The notes below the pieces were generated by a model. The model was not told the DNA's origin, did no database searches, and saw only the letters and a program-made list of their open reading frames with translations. A DNA stretch of 64,000 bases from an archaeon. GTDB lineage: Archaea; Nanobdellota; Nanobdellia; Pacearchaeales; GW2011-AR1. The translations under genes were made by a program, and so were the position numbers. Location: assembly GCA_018657525.1 (NCBI GenBank), contig JABHWZ010000009.1, positions 2,855 through 66,854 of the forward strand, given 5' to 3'. Below, piece by piece: positions 63,973 to 64,000 of the stretch. Every line of letters starts with the position of its first letter. Position 1 is the stretch's first letter.

Positions 63973-64000
63973 GTTTTTAATTTTGAGGACTCCTTGGTTT

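Overview
This is an AT-rich archaeal window with dense, short genes. The information-processing set includes TFB, TFE, LSm, a GINS-like protein, ribosomal proteins S3Ae/S8e/S17e/L44e, EndA, RNase Z, tRNA-guanine transglycosylase, Taw3, deoxyhypusine synthase, GatDE, GatCAB, six aminoacyl-tRNA synthetases, FtsY and FtsZ. The gene content, compact proteins and many orphan ORFs suggest a DPANN-type (Woese-/Pace-/Nanoarchaeota-like) genome; that placement is inference. All calls come from motif recognition by eye, and no database search was run. I found six tRNA genes, no rRNA, no CRISPR array and no integrase, transposase or reverse transcriptase.

The main result is a set of short, GC-richer repeat families. 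Every one of the six tRNA genes is followed by a partial copy of its own 3' end, usually exactly positions 56-73. A small ORF-less module sits between the gene and that copy. One module (family A) is shared by tRNA-Leu, tRNA-Cys and tRNA-Arg. tRNA-Leu and tRNA-Cys also carry upstream copies of their first 10-11 nt followed by a second shared module (family B). The same pattern, a gene end duplicated around a small insert, occurs at two protein genes (ftsY and an MBL hydrolase). Other mini-elements sit in frame inside gatB and a gatC-like gene, or supply the C-terminal tail or stop codon of tfe and rps3ae. A four-copy structured intergenic element (family C) shows compensatory stem changes. Separately, an operon encodes a 631-aa and a 1998-aa secreted protein, the latter with C-terminal ankyrin repeats.
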